This document shows positions 43,613 through 52,945 of a stretch of 56,150 bases of DNA, piece after piece. Made by a program: the position numbers and the translations under genes. Below the pieces are notes generated by a model that searched no databases, was not told the origin of the DNA, and saw only the letters and a program-made list of their open reading frames with translations. Within the stretch, counting starts at the first letter, position 1, and the number at the start of each line of letters is the position of its first letter. The DNA is from a virus (lineage: Duplodnaviria > Caudoviricetes): the IMG/VR virus record IMGVR_UViG_3300045283_000278, positions 1 to 56,150 of that record; one strand, written 5' to 3'.

Positions 43613-45034
43613 CCCGTGCCTGACGAACACGCACTTGACCACGGCCGCCAGGAGCTCGCGCTGCTCGTCGCGCGTGAAGCTCGGCCACTGGTCGCGGATG
43701 ACGTCGGGGTCGATGTCGGGCAGCCGCGGCGCGGTGAGCGTCGCATCCTTGCGGGCGAGCTCGGCGATCGCGGCGTTCATCTCGTCCTGACGGGCAGCGA
43801 GCCCGTCGAGGTAGGCGTCCATGCCGAGGCGTTCCTGGACGCGGCTGTCGTCACGCCACTGCTCGAACCGCGCCCGGGCCTCGTCAACGGCCTGGCGTTC
43901 GTCGGCGAGCTCCGGGGTGGCCTGCTCCTGCTCTCCGACGATCCGCGGCCAGGCCTCGAGGACCTCCTCGACGATCCACGCCTCGACGTTGCCGGTGTCG
44001 AGGATGCGGACGGGCTCGGTGCAGCGCACGGCGACGTCGCCGGCGCGGGCGGCACGACAGGCGAACACCCAGTAGCCGCGGCCGTCAGCGTAGGTGCGCC
44101 GCTCGGCACGGACCTTGTACCGGCAGCCGGCGCAGCGCAGCAGCGCGCGGACCGGCGACGGGTCGACCTTCGGGACGAACTGCACCCCGGGCCGCTGCGC
44201 TCGACGGAACGTGACCTGGTCGGTGAGCGGCGGGTGGGCGTCCTCGTTGCGGAAGGTGTCTCCTTGGCCGCGGGCCTTGCTGTAGGCGACGCCGAGATAC
44301 ACCTCGTTGCGGATGATGTCCTTCACGGCGCGGATGGACCAAGCGCTGCGACCCCACTGCGACCGGGCGCCGAGCTGCTGAAGCCAGCGGGCGAGCTCGC
44401 TGAAGCCGGCGCCGTCAGCGCGTCGCTGGAACAGCTCGGTGACGATCGGCCCGGTCTCAGGGTCGACGACCAGGGCGCCGGTGGGGTTGCCTCCAGGCTT
44501 GCGCGGCGGTCCTTCACGGCGGTAGCCGAACGGCGGCGTCGCCGACGGGTGGATGCCACGGGCCACGGCCCGGGCCTTGGCGTCGGCCCAGGTGCCGCGT
44601 ATCCGTTCGAGCTCGTGCTCGGCGATGGACAGCATGATCCGCAGCACCAGTCGGCCGGTCTCGGTGCTGGTGTCCAGGCCGTCGGCGACGGCGACGAGGC
44701 GGCCACCGGCGGCGGTGATTCTCTGCATCTGCGCGAGACCGTCGAGCATGCCTCGTCCGAACCGGTCGGCCTTCCACACGACGATGCCGTCGGTCTCACC
44801 GCGCTCGACACGGGCGATCGCCTCTTCCAGCAGCTTTCGACGGTGGCCGGCCTTGCCCGACTCGTCGAGCTCCTCATGGACGGCGACGAGCTCGTGCCCG
44901 TAGGCGCCGCACCACTGCTCGATCCGTTCACGCTGGACGCTGGGGCTGATGAACGAGTCGCCCGCGCGACCGCGGACCTGCGAGACGCGGACGTAGCCGT
45001 CGAGGCGCAGGACCTTCGGGGCACGAGGGGTCAT
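43457..45034 (-). CDS. int: Large serine recombinase (integrase)
   Basis: YVRVS catalytic Ser, DRFGR, PPFGY, NEVYLG recombinase domain, CAGC..C..C Zn ribbon, coiled coil. Confidence 0.95.
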   Translation of the reverse strand: MTPRAPKVLRLDGYVRVSQVRGRAGDSFISPSVQRERIEQWCGAYGHELVAVHEELDESGKAGHRRKLLEEAIARVERGETDGIVVWKADRFGRGMLDGLAQMQRITAAGGRLVAVADGLDTSTETGRLVLRIMLSIAEHELERIRGTWADAKARAVARGIHPSATPPFGYRREGPPRKPGGNPTGALVVDPETGPIVTELFQRRADGAGFSELARWLQQLGARSQWGRSAWSIRAVKDIIRNEVYLGVAYSKARGQGDTFRNEDAHPPLTDQVTFRRAQRPGVQFVPKVDPSPVRALLRCAGCRYKVRAERRTYADGRGYWVFACRAARAGDVAVRCTEPVRILDTGNVEAWIVEEVLEAWPRIVGEQEQATPELADERQAVDEARARFEQWRDDSRVQERLGMDAYLDGLAARQDEMNAAIAELARKDATLTAPRLPDIDPDVIRDQWPSFTRDEQRELLAAVVKCVFVRHGSRDLPLGDRMEIVFHGTPLDLPARGDREFTSRPYVFSSVEADRLGVGVQAQ

Positions 45035-45060
45035 TGTGGTGGCACACTACTGTCAGCCGC
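45035..45060 (-). promoter_or_regulatory. Putative near-leaderless integrase promoter
   Basis: Minus strand TAGTGT-gccaccaca-ATG. Confidence 0.35.
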
Positions 45061-45126
45061 TAGTTCGACCCCTCACCCTACGTTCGCGCGCGCGCGTGAA
45101 CCTGAGACCGAGCGGGTGGTCGCCGC

Positions 45127-46050
45127 ATGAGCGAGGGGCGGACGACCTGGCGCGCCAAGCCCTGCGGCTGGCGCGACCGCGAGCGGGTTGTAGCACTCGG
45201 CGAGGAGTTCGGCCCGGCCGGCCCGCTGATCCTCGACCTCCTCGAGGAGCTCGCCAAGGAGCAGCGCGCCAACGGCGCGGTCCGTACCGGCCTGCGATCG
45301 CTTGCCCGCGGGGCGTTCCTGCCGCGGGGTACCGATGGCGCGCAGCTGGCGCGGAGCATTCTCGAGTTCGCCGAGACCATTCACGCTCTCGACGACCTGG
45401 CGATTGCCGACGACGCCGACATGACCGTCACCTGCCGGGTCAGCGGCTTCGCGGCCGACCAGGGGAAAGGCTACGAGGCGGTCCGCAAAGGCCAGCAGCG
45501 CGCGGCGGGACACATCGAAACCCCACCGGACAACGTCCCCGGCAGTCCCGACGCCAGGGACAACGGCGCGGCTTGTCCCGACGGCGGGGACACGGTCCCG
45601 GTGAGTCCCCCTACAGGACAGGACAGGACAGGAGAAGAACCACCTCCTGTCGCCGCAAGCGGCGACCTGCCGGTCTCGATCGACAAGGCCCGCGACCGGC
45701 TCAAGGCCGAGGTCGTGGACCGGGTATGGACCGCCTACGTCGACACCCGCCTCGCCGTCCTGGGCAACCGTGCGGCGCCGAAGCGCACCGACGCCCGCAG
45801 CCAGCTGATCGCCCGACGGCTCCGGGAGTGGCCGGAGGACGAGGTCGTCGCCGCCGTGAAGGGCTGGCGGCACTTCCCGCACAACCGCGGCGAGAACGAG
45901 CGCAACCAGCCCTACTGCGACATCGAGCTGCTGCTGCGCGACGCCGCGCACATCGAGAAGTTCCGCGACGCCGAACTCGCCTCCGGCGGCCCCGGCCGCC
46001 GCGGCGATGGCCTCACCGACGACGAATGGAAGGCCCTGGTGCTGAAGTGA
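45127..46050 (+). CDS. Replication initiator (lambda O / replisome organiser-like)
   Basis: Upstream of helicase; low-complexity centre with iterons; C-terminal RGEN....DIELLLRD...IEKF. Confidence 0.72.
   Translation: MSEGRTTWRAKPCGWRDRERVVALGEEFGPAGPLILDLLEELAKEQRANGAVRTGLRSLARGAFLPRGTDGAQLARSILEFAETIHALDDLAIADDADMTVTCRVSGFAADQGKGYEAVRKGQQRAAGHIETPPDNVPGSPDARDNGAACPDGGDTVPVSPPTGQDRTGEEPPPVAASGDLPVSIDKARDRLKAEVVDRVWTAYVDTRLAVLGNRAAPKRTDARSQLIARRLREWPEDEVVAAVKGWRHFPHNRGENERNQPYCDIELLLRDAAHIEKFRDAELASGGPGRRGDGLTDDEWKALVLK
45507..45640. repeat. Iteron cluster / putative replication origin
   Basis: Multiple GGGACA and inverted (T)GTCCC units then (CAGGA)x4 and a purine run inside the initiator gene. 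Confidence 0.7.
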
Positions 46051-47345
46051 CCGACCTCGCCGATCACCACGCCGAGCAGGCATTGGTCGGGCTCGCCGTC
46101 ATGTCGCCGGCTGCCGCCCGTGCCGTCCTGGACCGTGGCCTGGCGCCCGAGCAGCTCGCGTCGCCGCGCCACCGGCTGGTCCTCGGCGCGATCCGCCGCC
46201 TGGTCGCCGACGGCGCGGACCCCGACGTGCCGTCGATCTGCGCGGTGCTCGCCGACCACGGCAAGCTCGACGACGTCGGCGGACCGGTCGCCGTCGACGG
46301 CCTGGCCGCCCATGCCGCCGGTGTCGGCGCGATCCAGCCGCTCATCGACCGGGTCATCAGCCTCGCCGGCTGGCGTCGGCGCCGCAACGTCGCTCGCGAC
46401 CTCATCGCCGCATGTGACGCCACCGACGGCGACCTCTTCGATGAGGCCGAGGCCCGGCTGTTCACCGACGACGCTCCGACCACGCGACGGGCCGACTGGG
46501 CGCCCGCGGACGCCGCCGCCGACTTCATGACCACGTTCGACGGTGCCCCCGTCGACGTGTTCCCCTGGCCGTTTCAGAAGCTCAACGTCAAGAGCGACGG
46601 CGGCGCTGCTCGCGGTGAGGTCACCGTCATGGCGGGACCGGTGACCCACGGCAAGAGCTGCCTGTTGGACATGGCGTTGGAGTCGATGCACAAGCCCGAC
46701 AGCCATGTCCGGCTCTACCTCAACGAGATGAAGCGCAACCAGCGGCTCGCCCGCGTCTGCGCCCGCCGCAGCGGTGTCGAGCTGTCGAAGATCCAGAAGG
46801 CGATGCGCCGCCTCGAGCCGCTCGCCCCCGGCGACCGGACCATGGTGCAGCGCTCCTGGGAGCACTACCCCGTCCACATCACCGAGTGCTCCGGCTGGAC
46901 CATCGACCGCATCTGCCGTGACGCCCGCCGCCAGGGCTGCGACGTCATGGCCCTGGACATCGTCAACCGGCTCCCGTTCGGCGCCTCCGACCGCTCCCGC
47001 ACCCACCAGCTCGACGACGCCGCCAACCAGCTCGACCAGCTCGCCAAGGAGTGCGACATGCACGTCATCGTCGTCGCGCATCTCAACCGGCTGCGCGCCG
47101 CCCCCACCGGCCGGCCGCCGATGCCCGCGTTGTCGGACATCAAGGAGTGCGCGGCCCTGGTCGAGATCGCCGACAACGTGCTGTTCGTCTGGCGCGACAC
47201 CGACGAGGCCGGCGACCCCACCGACACCGGCAACGTCCGGTTCGCGAAGAACCGCACCGGCGAGCTCGGCGGCCTCGAGGTCCGCTTCGACGGCCCCCAC
47301 CAGCGGTTCCTACCCATCGACCGACACCTGGAGGTTGCGGCATGA
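46047..47345 (+). CDS. dnaB: DnaB-like replicative helicase
   Basis: AEQALVG N-domain, AGPVTHGKS Walker A, NEM, LAKE...VI..AHLNR, LSDIKE..L...ADNVLF, AKNRTG. Confidence 0.9.
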   Translation: MTDLADHHAEQALVGLAVMSPAAARAVLDRGLAPEQLASPRHRLVLGAIRRLVADGADPDVPSICAVLADHGKLDDVGGPVAVDGLAAHAAGVGAIQPLIDRVISLAGWRRRRNVARDLIAACDATDGDLFDEAEARLFTDDAPTTRRADWAPADAAADFMTTFDGAPVDVFPWPFQKLNVKSDGGAARGEVTVMAGPVTHGKSCLLDMALESMHKPDSHVRLYLNEMKRNQRLARVCARRSGVELSKIQKAMRRLEPLAPGDRTMVQRSWEHYPVHITECSGWTIDRICRDARRQGCDVMALDIVNRLPFGASDRSRTHQLDDAANQLDQLAKECDMHVIVVAHLNRLRAAPTGRPPMPALSDIKECAALVEIADNVLFVWRDTDEAGDPTDTGNVRFAKNRTGELGGLEVRFDGPHQRFLPIDRHLEVAA

Positions 47346-47491
47346 CCAACCGGCAGCTCACCGACGAGCAGTTGCGCCAGGCCCGCTACCTCGTCAGGGA
47401 AGGGCTGCCCATGAGCTACATCGCCAGGAAGCTCGAGATCGACATTGTCGACCTGATGGACGCGCTCACCGAACCGAAGGATGCGGCATGA
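47342..47491 (+). CDS. 49-aa HTH-like protein
   Basis: GGAGG RBS; LVREGLPMSYIARKLEI. Confidence 0.55.
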   Translation: MTNRQLTDEQLRQARYLVREGLPMSYIARKLEIDIVDLMDALTEPKDAA

Positions 47492-47637
47492 CCGCCGCTG
47501 ATCTGCGCTACGAGGCGGGCCGGGTGTTCTTCACCACGTTGGTCACTGCGGTCGGGACGCTCGTTGTGGCAGCGGTGGTCGCCGACCAGGCGCTGCGGGC
47601 TGTCGCGGCCCGCCTTCAACGAAAGGATCGACCGTGA
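47488..47637 (+). CDS. 49-aa membrane protein
   Basis: ATGA coupling; one hydrophobic helix. Confidence 0.5.
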   Translation: MTAADLRYEAGRVFFTTLVTAVGTLVVAAVVADQALRAVAARLQRKDRP

Positions 47638-48290
47638 GCATCGCCGCGATGACCCGTGAGGCCGAGGCGCGCGAGCGTGTCCTGAGCGAGATCGCCGATC
47701 ACGAGCTCACGGTCCTGCACGACGACGGCCTGTATCGGCATCTGCGCTTCATGGCACCCGGCTCGTCGTTCTACTGGTTCGACCTCGTGACCTGGCCCGG
47801 CGTGCTCGTCATCAACGGCGACTGCGGGACCTTCACGTTCAGCCGGGTCCGCGACATGCTCGAGTTCTTCGAGAGCGACGCCGGCCAGATCAACCCGCAC
47901 TACTGGGCGCAGAAGCTACGCGGCCCGACCGACGGCACGCGCTCGGCTCAGACCTACGATCCCGAGACGTTCGAGCGCCGGCTGCGCGCGTGGGCTCGGG
48001 ATGCGACAGGCAAGTGGGGCGAGCACGAGGAGGTCTATCCGCACCTGCTCCTCGGCGCCCTTGAGCGTGAGGTCTTCAGGTGCCCGTGGTGGGCGGAGTG
48101 GGGGACCTACGACACGGAGCAGGACGCCCACGCGTTGCTGGCCGAGCTCGCCGAGGCTGACGTCGTCGGCAGCGAGACGTGGGAGTGGGACCTTCGCGAC
48201 TGGCACTGGCAGTTCCTTTGGTGCTGCTGGGCAATCGTCGAGGGCATCAAGCGCTACCGCGGGGCTGTCGCCTTGGAGGACAAGCGATGA
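47634..48290 (+). CDS. Conserved phage hypothetical protein (218 aa)
   Basis: DDGLYRHLRF, FDLVTWPG.L.I.GD.G, INPHYWAQKL motifs recalled from widespread phage proteins. Confidence 0.75.
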   Translation: MSIAAMTREAEARERVLSEIADHELTVLHDDGLYRHLRFMAPGSSFYWFDLVTWPGVLVINGDCGTFTFSRVRDMLEFFESDAGQINPHYWAQKLRGPTDGTRSAQTYDPETFERRLRAWARDATGKWGEHEEVYPHLLLGALEREVFRCPWWAEWGTYDTEQDAHALLAELAEADVVGSETWEWDLRDWHWQFLWCCWAIVEGIKRYRGAVALEDKR

Positions 48291-48661
48291 CGGGTTCCGA
48301 TGTCTGCGAGCACGGCGGCCTGCGCCGTAAGTGCGACACCTGCGATTACCGCGAGGAGCGCGACCAGGCGTACGACCTTCTAAAGCGCATCGCATGGGCC
48401 ATAGAGACGAACAACATCGATATCCCCGACGTGTGCCACGCGATCGAGGAGGAGATCGGCGAGATGATCCCACCGGTTGGGCTGACGTCATTCACGGCGG
48501 GCCAGATGAAGGTTCTGTGTGAGCCTCAGCGGCTCATCAGCATCTCGCACTGGAATGGGCCGTTCTTGCTGTCGGCCGAGATGGCGCGCGATCTGCTTGG
48601 CATCTTGCCGAAGGCCATCGAGATCGCGGAGATGCCTGCTCTTGAAAGGACGCGACCGTGA
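48287..48661 (+). CDS. Hypothetical protein (124 aa)
   Basis: GGAGG RBS; CEH...C..C. Confidence 0.55.
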   Translation: MTGSDVCEHGGLRRKCDTCDYREERDQAYDLLKRIAWAIETNNIDIPDVCHAIEEEIGEMIPPVGLTSFTAGQMKVLCEPQRLISISHWNGPFLLSAEMARDLLGILPKAIEIAEMPALERTRP

Positions 48662-48861
48662 TCGCCTGGGACGTCAAGTTCAAGCGAGATCGCTATACGC
48701 CGGAGTACAAGGCCGAGCGTCTGGTCATCGTGACGCTCGAGAATCGCTTGCAGCAGGTTCTCGACGCCCTGCGTGAGCGATACCCCGCGGCGACGGTCGA
48801 GGCGATGGAGACGCTCGGCGAGGCGTTGGTAGCTGTCGGAATCGAAGGGGACGGGCGATGA
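48658..48861 (+). CDS. Hypothetical protein (67 aa)
   Basis: GTGA coupling. Confidence 0.55.
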   Translation: MIAWDVKFKRDRYTPEYKAERLVIVTLENRLQQVLDALRERYPAATVEAMETLGEALVAVGIEGDGR

Positions 48862-49064
48862 ACGGCGACGCGCTCTGCTGGTGCGGGCACCCTCGCCGGG
48901 TCCATGAGCACCTGAGCGGCCACTACCCAGCCATCTGCTCCCACGTCGATCCGTTGCCGGTCGATCGCGCCCCGGAGCCATATGAAGGCGTCTGCATGTG
49001 CCTGGAGTTCGAGGCCGAGGAGATGCCTGCAACTTCTACGACTGGACGACCTGATGCTGCTTGA
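48858..49064 (+). CDS. Cys/His-rich small protein (68 aa)
   Basis: CWCGH...H..C..C.C..F. Confidence 0.55.
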   Translation: MNGDALCWCGHPRRVHEHLSGHYPAICSHVDPLPVDRAPEPYEGVCMCLEFEAEEMPATSTTGRPDAA

Positions 49065-49404
49065 AAGCTGGATCGCCACGTTGGCGATTCTTGACCCCGA
49101 TGCGCTGATCGAGATGGAAGACGGCACGACGCCGGTCTGTCTGACGTCCTACCGGGGCTATTACGAGGATCTGGCGCTCGACTACAACCACAGTCGCCCC
49201 GTGACGGTCGGTGTACTTCTGGACGACGCACGCAAGGCGGTGGGCGCGACGTTCGAGGGATACAAGGGCGGTGATTTCATCATGCGAGGGGATACGCGCG
49301 TGTGGGTCTCCGAGTGGGGTCGTAGCGAGGGGCGTGATCTCACGGGCGTTGAGGTTCGGCCGGGCGGCGCGGTCATCGTCAAGTCGACCCTGATCGAGGA
49401 GTGA
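49054..49404 (+). CDS. Conserved phage hypothetical protein (~116 aa)
   Basis: SYRGYYEDLA and FEGYKGGDF.M...T.VWVS.WG motifs; start approximate. Confidence 0.7.
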   Translation: MLLESWIATLAILDPDALIEMEDGTTPVCLTSYRGYYEDLALDYNHSRPVTVGVLLDDARKAVGATFEGYKGGDFIMRGDTRVWVSEWGRSEGRDLTGVEVRPGGAVIVKSTLIEE

Positions 49405-49432
49405 CCGCTTTGCCTTCCACGGAGGAGCCTCG

Positions 49433-49732
49433 ATGACTCTGCGTGAGCTGATCCAAGAGCTCGAGTACGTCGCTGAGCGTTACGGCGACGGTGACGCGTG
49501 CCTCACATCCACGGGCGAGATCATCGACACCATCGGCTGGACTCGAGGCGGCACCATCACGATCGGATCGCTCGGTGAAGAGGGCCTGATCCGGCGCTAT
49601 CGCGAGGCGCTCCAGAGGATCGCCAGCGAGGACTACCGCGGCTCCCGGCCCTCGTCGTCGAGGATCGCCGAGGAGGCCCTTGCAATGTCACCAACGCGGG
49701 GAGATATGCCAAACATGCGGGAGCACGGATGA
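49433..49732 (+). CDS. Hypothetical protein (99 aa)
   Basis: GGAGG RBS; MTLRELI..L. Confidence 0.6.
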   Translation: MTLRELIQELEYVAERYGDGDACLTSTGEIIDTIGWTRGGTITIGSLGEEGLIRRYREALQRIASEDYRGSRPSSSRIAEEALAMSPTRGDMPNMREHG

Positions 49733-49784
49733 CCGTGATGCAAGCCACCGCATATAACACAACCCAGAAGCCTGAGGAGGACTA

Positions 49785-50057
49785 GTGAGGTACCGACTGC
49801 TCCACGAACGCGAGCGTGTCAGCGGCATCAACAACAGCTACTCGCCCGCGGCCGGCGCTTTCTTCCCCGTAGGGGGCGTTCGCGATGGGAAGGACTACCG
49901 GGATGCCCTGGAGCGGTTCGGCCCGGCGACTGGCCGTTGGCTCGTACTGCGCGAGGACGACAGCACGTTCCGCATGTTCACCGTCGCCAAGCGCACCGAG
50001 ACCGACATCCTGCCGGGAGAGACTCCCCTTCGGCTGCACGAGGTCACCCGTGCTTGA
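49785..50057 (+). CDS. Hypothetical protein (90 aa)
   Basis: GAGGAGG RBS. Confidence 0.55.
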   Translation: MRYRLLHERERVSGINNSYSPAAGAFFPVGGVRDGKDYRDALERFGPATGRWLVLREDDSTFRMFTVAKRTETDILPGETPLRLHEVTRA

Positions 50058-50076
50058 GAGGAGCGATCATCCCGTC

Positions 50077-50304
50077 ATGGACAAGCTGCCTGTGGGGACC
50101 ATGGTCGGTATCTACGATCGGGACGGGAATCTCGTCCGGCATGTCGCGGTCGACGTCCGTACCGGCAAGTTCCTGGAGCCGGTGACATTGGAGGACGGTC
50201 AGAGCTTGTGGTTCGCCACGCCTGGCGCCCCGATGCTGCCGATGCTTGGTTGGCCGCAGTTCGAGCATGGGACGCGCCCGGTCGACGAGGACGACCTGTC
50301 ATGA
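50077..50304 (+). CDS. Hypothetical protein (~75 aa)
   Basis: Fills gap, ATGA coupled downstream; start could be GTG 50050. Confidence 0.5.
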   Translation: MDKLPVGTMVGIYDRDGNLVRHVAVDVRTGKFLEPVTLEDGQSLWFATPGAPMLPMLGWPQFEHGTRPVDEDDLS

Positions 50305-50537
50305 CCTCGTCGCTCCCCCAGCATTCCAGGCACCTCTACAGCGTCGATGACAAGCACCTCTACAGCGTGGCCGGCGTTCAGGAACTCCAGGCCGAGGTCG
50401 AACGCCTGCGTCAAGGACTGTTCGAGTGCGCGAAGCAGGCCGGCGAGGATGTCAGCGAGGGCATCCCGACCTTCCCGGACATCGTGGACTGGGCGGTCGA
50501 GGCTGTCCGTCAGCTGAGGATCGACGCCGATGCCTGA
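50301..50537 (+). CDS. Hypothetical protein (78 aa) with duplicated HLYSV
   Basis: GAGGA RBS; gcacctctacagcgt occurs twice. Confidence 0.5.
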   Translation: MTSSLPQHSRHLYSVDDKHLYSVAGVQELQAEVERLRQGLFECAKQAGEDVSEGIPTFPDIVDWAVEAVRQLRIDADA

Positions 50538-50868
50538 GCCGCGAAGCGTGACGCGCATGCGGGCTGTGACCGATCCCGTGGCGACGTCCGAGCGGATCTT
50601 CGCTCTAGGGGCCGAGGTCGATCGCCTGCGCGAGGAGAACGCCCGCCTGCGCGCACTTCAGGACGAGGGCGTGCAGGTCGGCGGGATGCTGGCCTTCGAC
50701 GCCGAGCAGGAGGTCGCGCGGCTGCGCGAGGCGCTGGAAGAGGTCGCGCACTGGGACTCCCGGAAGGCGCACGCGCACGGCTACATCGGGGTGCGGGAGT
50801 TCGCCGAGGTCGTCCTGGGGCGCCGCTCGGCTACCAACCCTTTGCAGCAGGAGGTCGATCGTGGCTGA
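50530..50868 (+). CDS. Coiled-coil hypothetical protein (112 aa)
   Basis: AEVDRLREENARLR / EVARLREAL. Confidence 0.55.
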   Translation: MPEPRSVTRMRAVTDPVATSERIFALGAEVDRLREENARLRALQDEGVQVGGMLAFDAEQEVARLREALEEVAHWDSRKAHAHGYIGVREFAEVVLGRRSATNPLQQEVDRG

Positions 50869-51025
50869 GCATCGCGAGCAGCTCAAGTTCCACAATGGCA
50901 GCTGGACCGAGTGGACCATCCGCTGTACCTGCGGATGGACATCCCCGCGGCTGTCCTCTGAATACGCCGCGGAGGAAGCCCTAGACCAGCACATCGCTGC
51001 AATGCAACAGGAGGGACCGCAGTGA
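50861..51025 (+). CDS. 54-aa Zn-finger-like protein (below ORF-track cutoff)
   Basis: GGAGG RBS; H...CTCGW...H; hand-translated; coupled downstream. Confidence 0.55.
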   Translation: MAEHREQLKFHNGSWTEWTIRCTCGWTSPRLSSEYAAEEALDQHIAAMQQEGPQ

Positions 51026-51408
51026 GCTACGTCCGAGACATCGTTCTGCCGCACGCCGGCACGACGGTCAGCGGCACACCAGACGCCGTCGCCCGGGCGG
51101 TCACGATCGACCGCCGCATGGCCGACGAGCAACGAGCGTGGGTCGCCGAGCTGCGTGCCCAGGGCGTCAAGGCTGCCCACCCTGACGACGGGTGGGTCAA
51201 GCGCGACCGCAACACGGTGCACCTCTGCTACCCGCAGTTCGACGACGGGCTACGGGCCGGCGACTTGCTCGCGCTGGGACGCCCCGCTGAGTACCGCATC
51301 GTCCGCGTCGTCGTGTGGCGAAGCTGGCGCACCGCCCTCGACGACAGCCACGGTGAATGGACCTTCGAGTCCGCTGCAAAGGGCAGAAAGCAGGGGACCG
51401 ATGCCTAA
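51022..51408 (+). CDS. Hypothetical protein (128 aa)
   Basis: GGAGG RBS; GVKAAHPDDGWV. Confidence 0.65.
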   Translation: MSYVRDIVLPHAGTTVSGTPDAVARAVTIDRRMADEQRAWVAELRAQGVKAAHPDDGWVKRDRNTVHLCYPQFDDGLRAGDLLALGRPAEYRIVRVVVWRSWRTALDDSHGEWTFESAAKGRKQGTDA

Positions 51409-51574
51409 CTTGCGTGCGGCCTGCACGGTGCGCGTCACCGACAAGGAGGCGGATTCGCTGGTCAGCCTCGGACTCGCCTACGACCACCCGACCGATGGGC
51501 TGAATCTCACCGGGGACGGCGTTCGCTGGTTCCACGAGGCGCTAGCCGCTACCGCCAGAACGGAGGCGTCGTGA
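51401..51574 (+). CDS. Hypothetical protein (57 aa)
   Basis: GGGGA RBS; winged-helix-like LVSLGLA...LTGDG. Confidence 0.5.
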   Translation: MPNLRAACTVRVTDKEADSLVSLGLAYDHPTDGLNLTGDGVRWFHEALAATARTEAS

Positions 51575-51825
51575 GCGTCGACCCCTATGCGCGATGCCGC
51601 GACTGCGGTAGCCGCAACATCGAGGGCATCGCAGACGCCCACGCCATCGGTCGGATTGACCGCCACGGCAACGTTGTGGACGTCACCCGATTCGAGGTAG
51701 CGCTGTCACCCGCGTCGCGAGACAGCCTCTTGTGTGCGGCCTGCGGCTCATGGCGGGTGCGCCCGCCCGAAGGACTGCGTCCGCGAACGCCTGCCTTGAC
51801 CGGAAAGGAGCAGGCCGATGGCTAG
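51571..51825 (+). CDS. Zn-ribbon protein (84 aa)
   Basis: CRDCGS..CAACG; GGAGG RBS. Confidence 0.55.
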   Translation: MSVDPYARCRDCGSRNIEGIADAHAIGRIDRHGNVVDVTRFEVALSPASRDSLLCAACGSWRVRPPEGLRPRTPALTGKEQADG

Positions 51826-52069
51826 CGGCTCGTGGGATCGCGGAGGCAAGTTCATGGTCGCCGACGCTGACATCGACCTCATCTTTCGGCTCGACTGCGT
51901 GGGTGGTGTGGTCTGCGCTTGCGGGGCCTATGCCGAGGAAGTCGACGACTTCGGGCAGATCGACGGCCGCCCTGTGTGCCCGTCGTGCTTCGGCGAGGTC
52001 GAAGCTCTCACCACGACCGCCTTGAGCCGTGCCGAGGCGACTGGAAATCAGCGACGCGATGCCGACTGA
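51818..52069 (+). CDS. Cys-rich protein (83 aa)
   Basis: CAC..CPSC; AAGGAG RBS. Confidence 0.5.
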   Translation: MASGSWDRGGKFMVADADIDLIFRLDCVGGVVCACGAYAEEVDDFGQIDGRPVCPSCFGEVEALTTTALSRAEATGNQRRDAD

Positions 52070-52253
52070 GCGGCAGAACGATCAGGGGCGCTGGGTAGCG
52101 GCAGAGCCGCTGCCGCCGCCCTTCGGCGTGCGCTGGCAGCACGCGATGCTCCACCGCCGCTCGCTCGGCCAGGGACGAATCCGTGCCTACGTGTGCGGAT
52201 GGCGCGACACCCGAGCCGTGGACGCTTTGAGCCGGGAGCGACAGACCCCATGA
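52059..52253 (+). CDS. Hypothetical protein (64 aa)
   Basis: Fills gap; ATGA coupling downstream. Confidence 0.45.
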   Translation: MPTERQNDQGRWVAAEPLPPPFGVRWQHAMLHRRSLGQGRIRAYVCGWRDTRAVDALSRERQTP

Positions 52254-52456
52254 GAAGCCTCAAGCGCATCCTCGCTTGGGCGTTCATGGCGACCCTCGTT
52301 ATCGGCGGCGGGGTCGCGTTCATCGTCGCCGTAGTGGTGGGCTGCGTCCAGAGCCAGCTGTTCCGCGAGCTAGTGCTGTTCCTGCTTCTCATCCCGGCCG
52401 TCGTTGGCCTATGGATGCTGGGCCTGTGGGCCTGGTACACGATCACCGATGGCTGA
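52250..52456 (+). CDS. Two-TM membrane protein (68 aa)
   Basis: Two long hydrophobic stretches. Confidence 0.6.
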   Translation: MRSLKRILAWAFMATLVIGGGVAFIVAVVVGCVQSQLFRELVLFLLLIPAVVGLWMLGLWAWYTITDG

Positions 52457-52491
52457 CCCGACCACTTGAGCCGGGGGTGATGATGCGCGGC

Positions 52492-52749
52492 CTATCGCAG
52501 CGACTCGATGACGTAACCCTCCAGCAGGGCGGCATCGGAGACGCCACGGTCGTTGATGTGGTTGGCGATCGCGTACCGCGCGTTCAACACGTGGTCGGTC
52601 TCGTCGTGACCGCCGCTGAAGACCTCAGCCAGCGGCACCCGGCACGACCCGACACCGTCCTCGAGCTTGACATTCCACACCGTCATGAGGCCCTCGTCTG
52701 GTGCTCGTTCGATGGCCTCGAAGCCGATCAGGTCGTCCTCATCACGCAT
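52492..52749 (-). CDS. Acidic hypothetical protein on opposite strand (85 aa)
   Basis: Fills a gap in + strand genes; protein-like composition. Confidence 0.5.
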   Translation of the reverse strand: MRDEDDLIGFEAIERAPDEGLMTVWNVKLEDGVGSCRVPLAEVFSGGHDETDHVLNARYAIANHINDRGVSDAALLEGYVIESLR

Positions 52750-52786
52750 CCGTCGAGCCTAGGCGATCAGCAGAGTCGGACGCGCG

Positions 52787-52945
52787 ATGCCTGATCTCCG
52801 CTGCCCCGTCTGCCACCACTGGTCCCCGCGCGAGCAGTGGGACTACAACGCCCGAGCGTTCCTGCTCACGTGCCCACGCTGCGGTGCTGACAGCGACATC
52901 AAGGCCCCCGACGTGCGCCTCCTGGGCGACGAACCACCCACCTGA
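52787..52945 (+). CDS. 52-aa Zn-ribbon protein (below ORF-track cutoff)
   Basis: Hand-translated MPDLRCPVC...TCPRCG. Confidence 0.5.
   Translation: MPDLRCPVCHHWSPREQWDYNARAFLLTCPRCGADSDIKAPDVRLLGDEPPT

Noticed and set aside
12428-45050. Recurring tggtggc(g)cac motif at ~12430, ~35836 and ~45037
   Set aside because: Short and GC-rich; likely chance or generic promoter-adjacent sequence
43616-45130. 504-aa + strand ORF antisense to the integrase, ending in an ATGA overlap with the initiator
   Set aside because: It is the codon-aligned antisense frame, which is routinely open in high-GC genes; no recognisable motifs. A short real ORF at its 3' end cannot be excluded.
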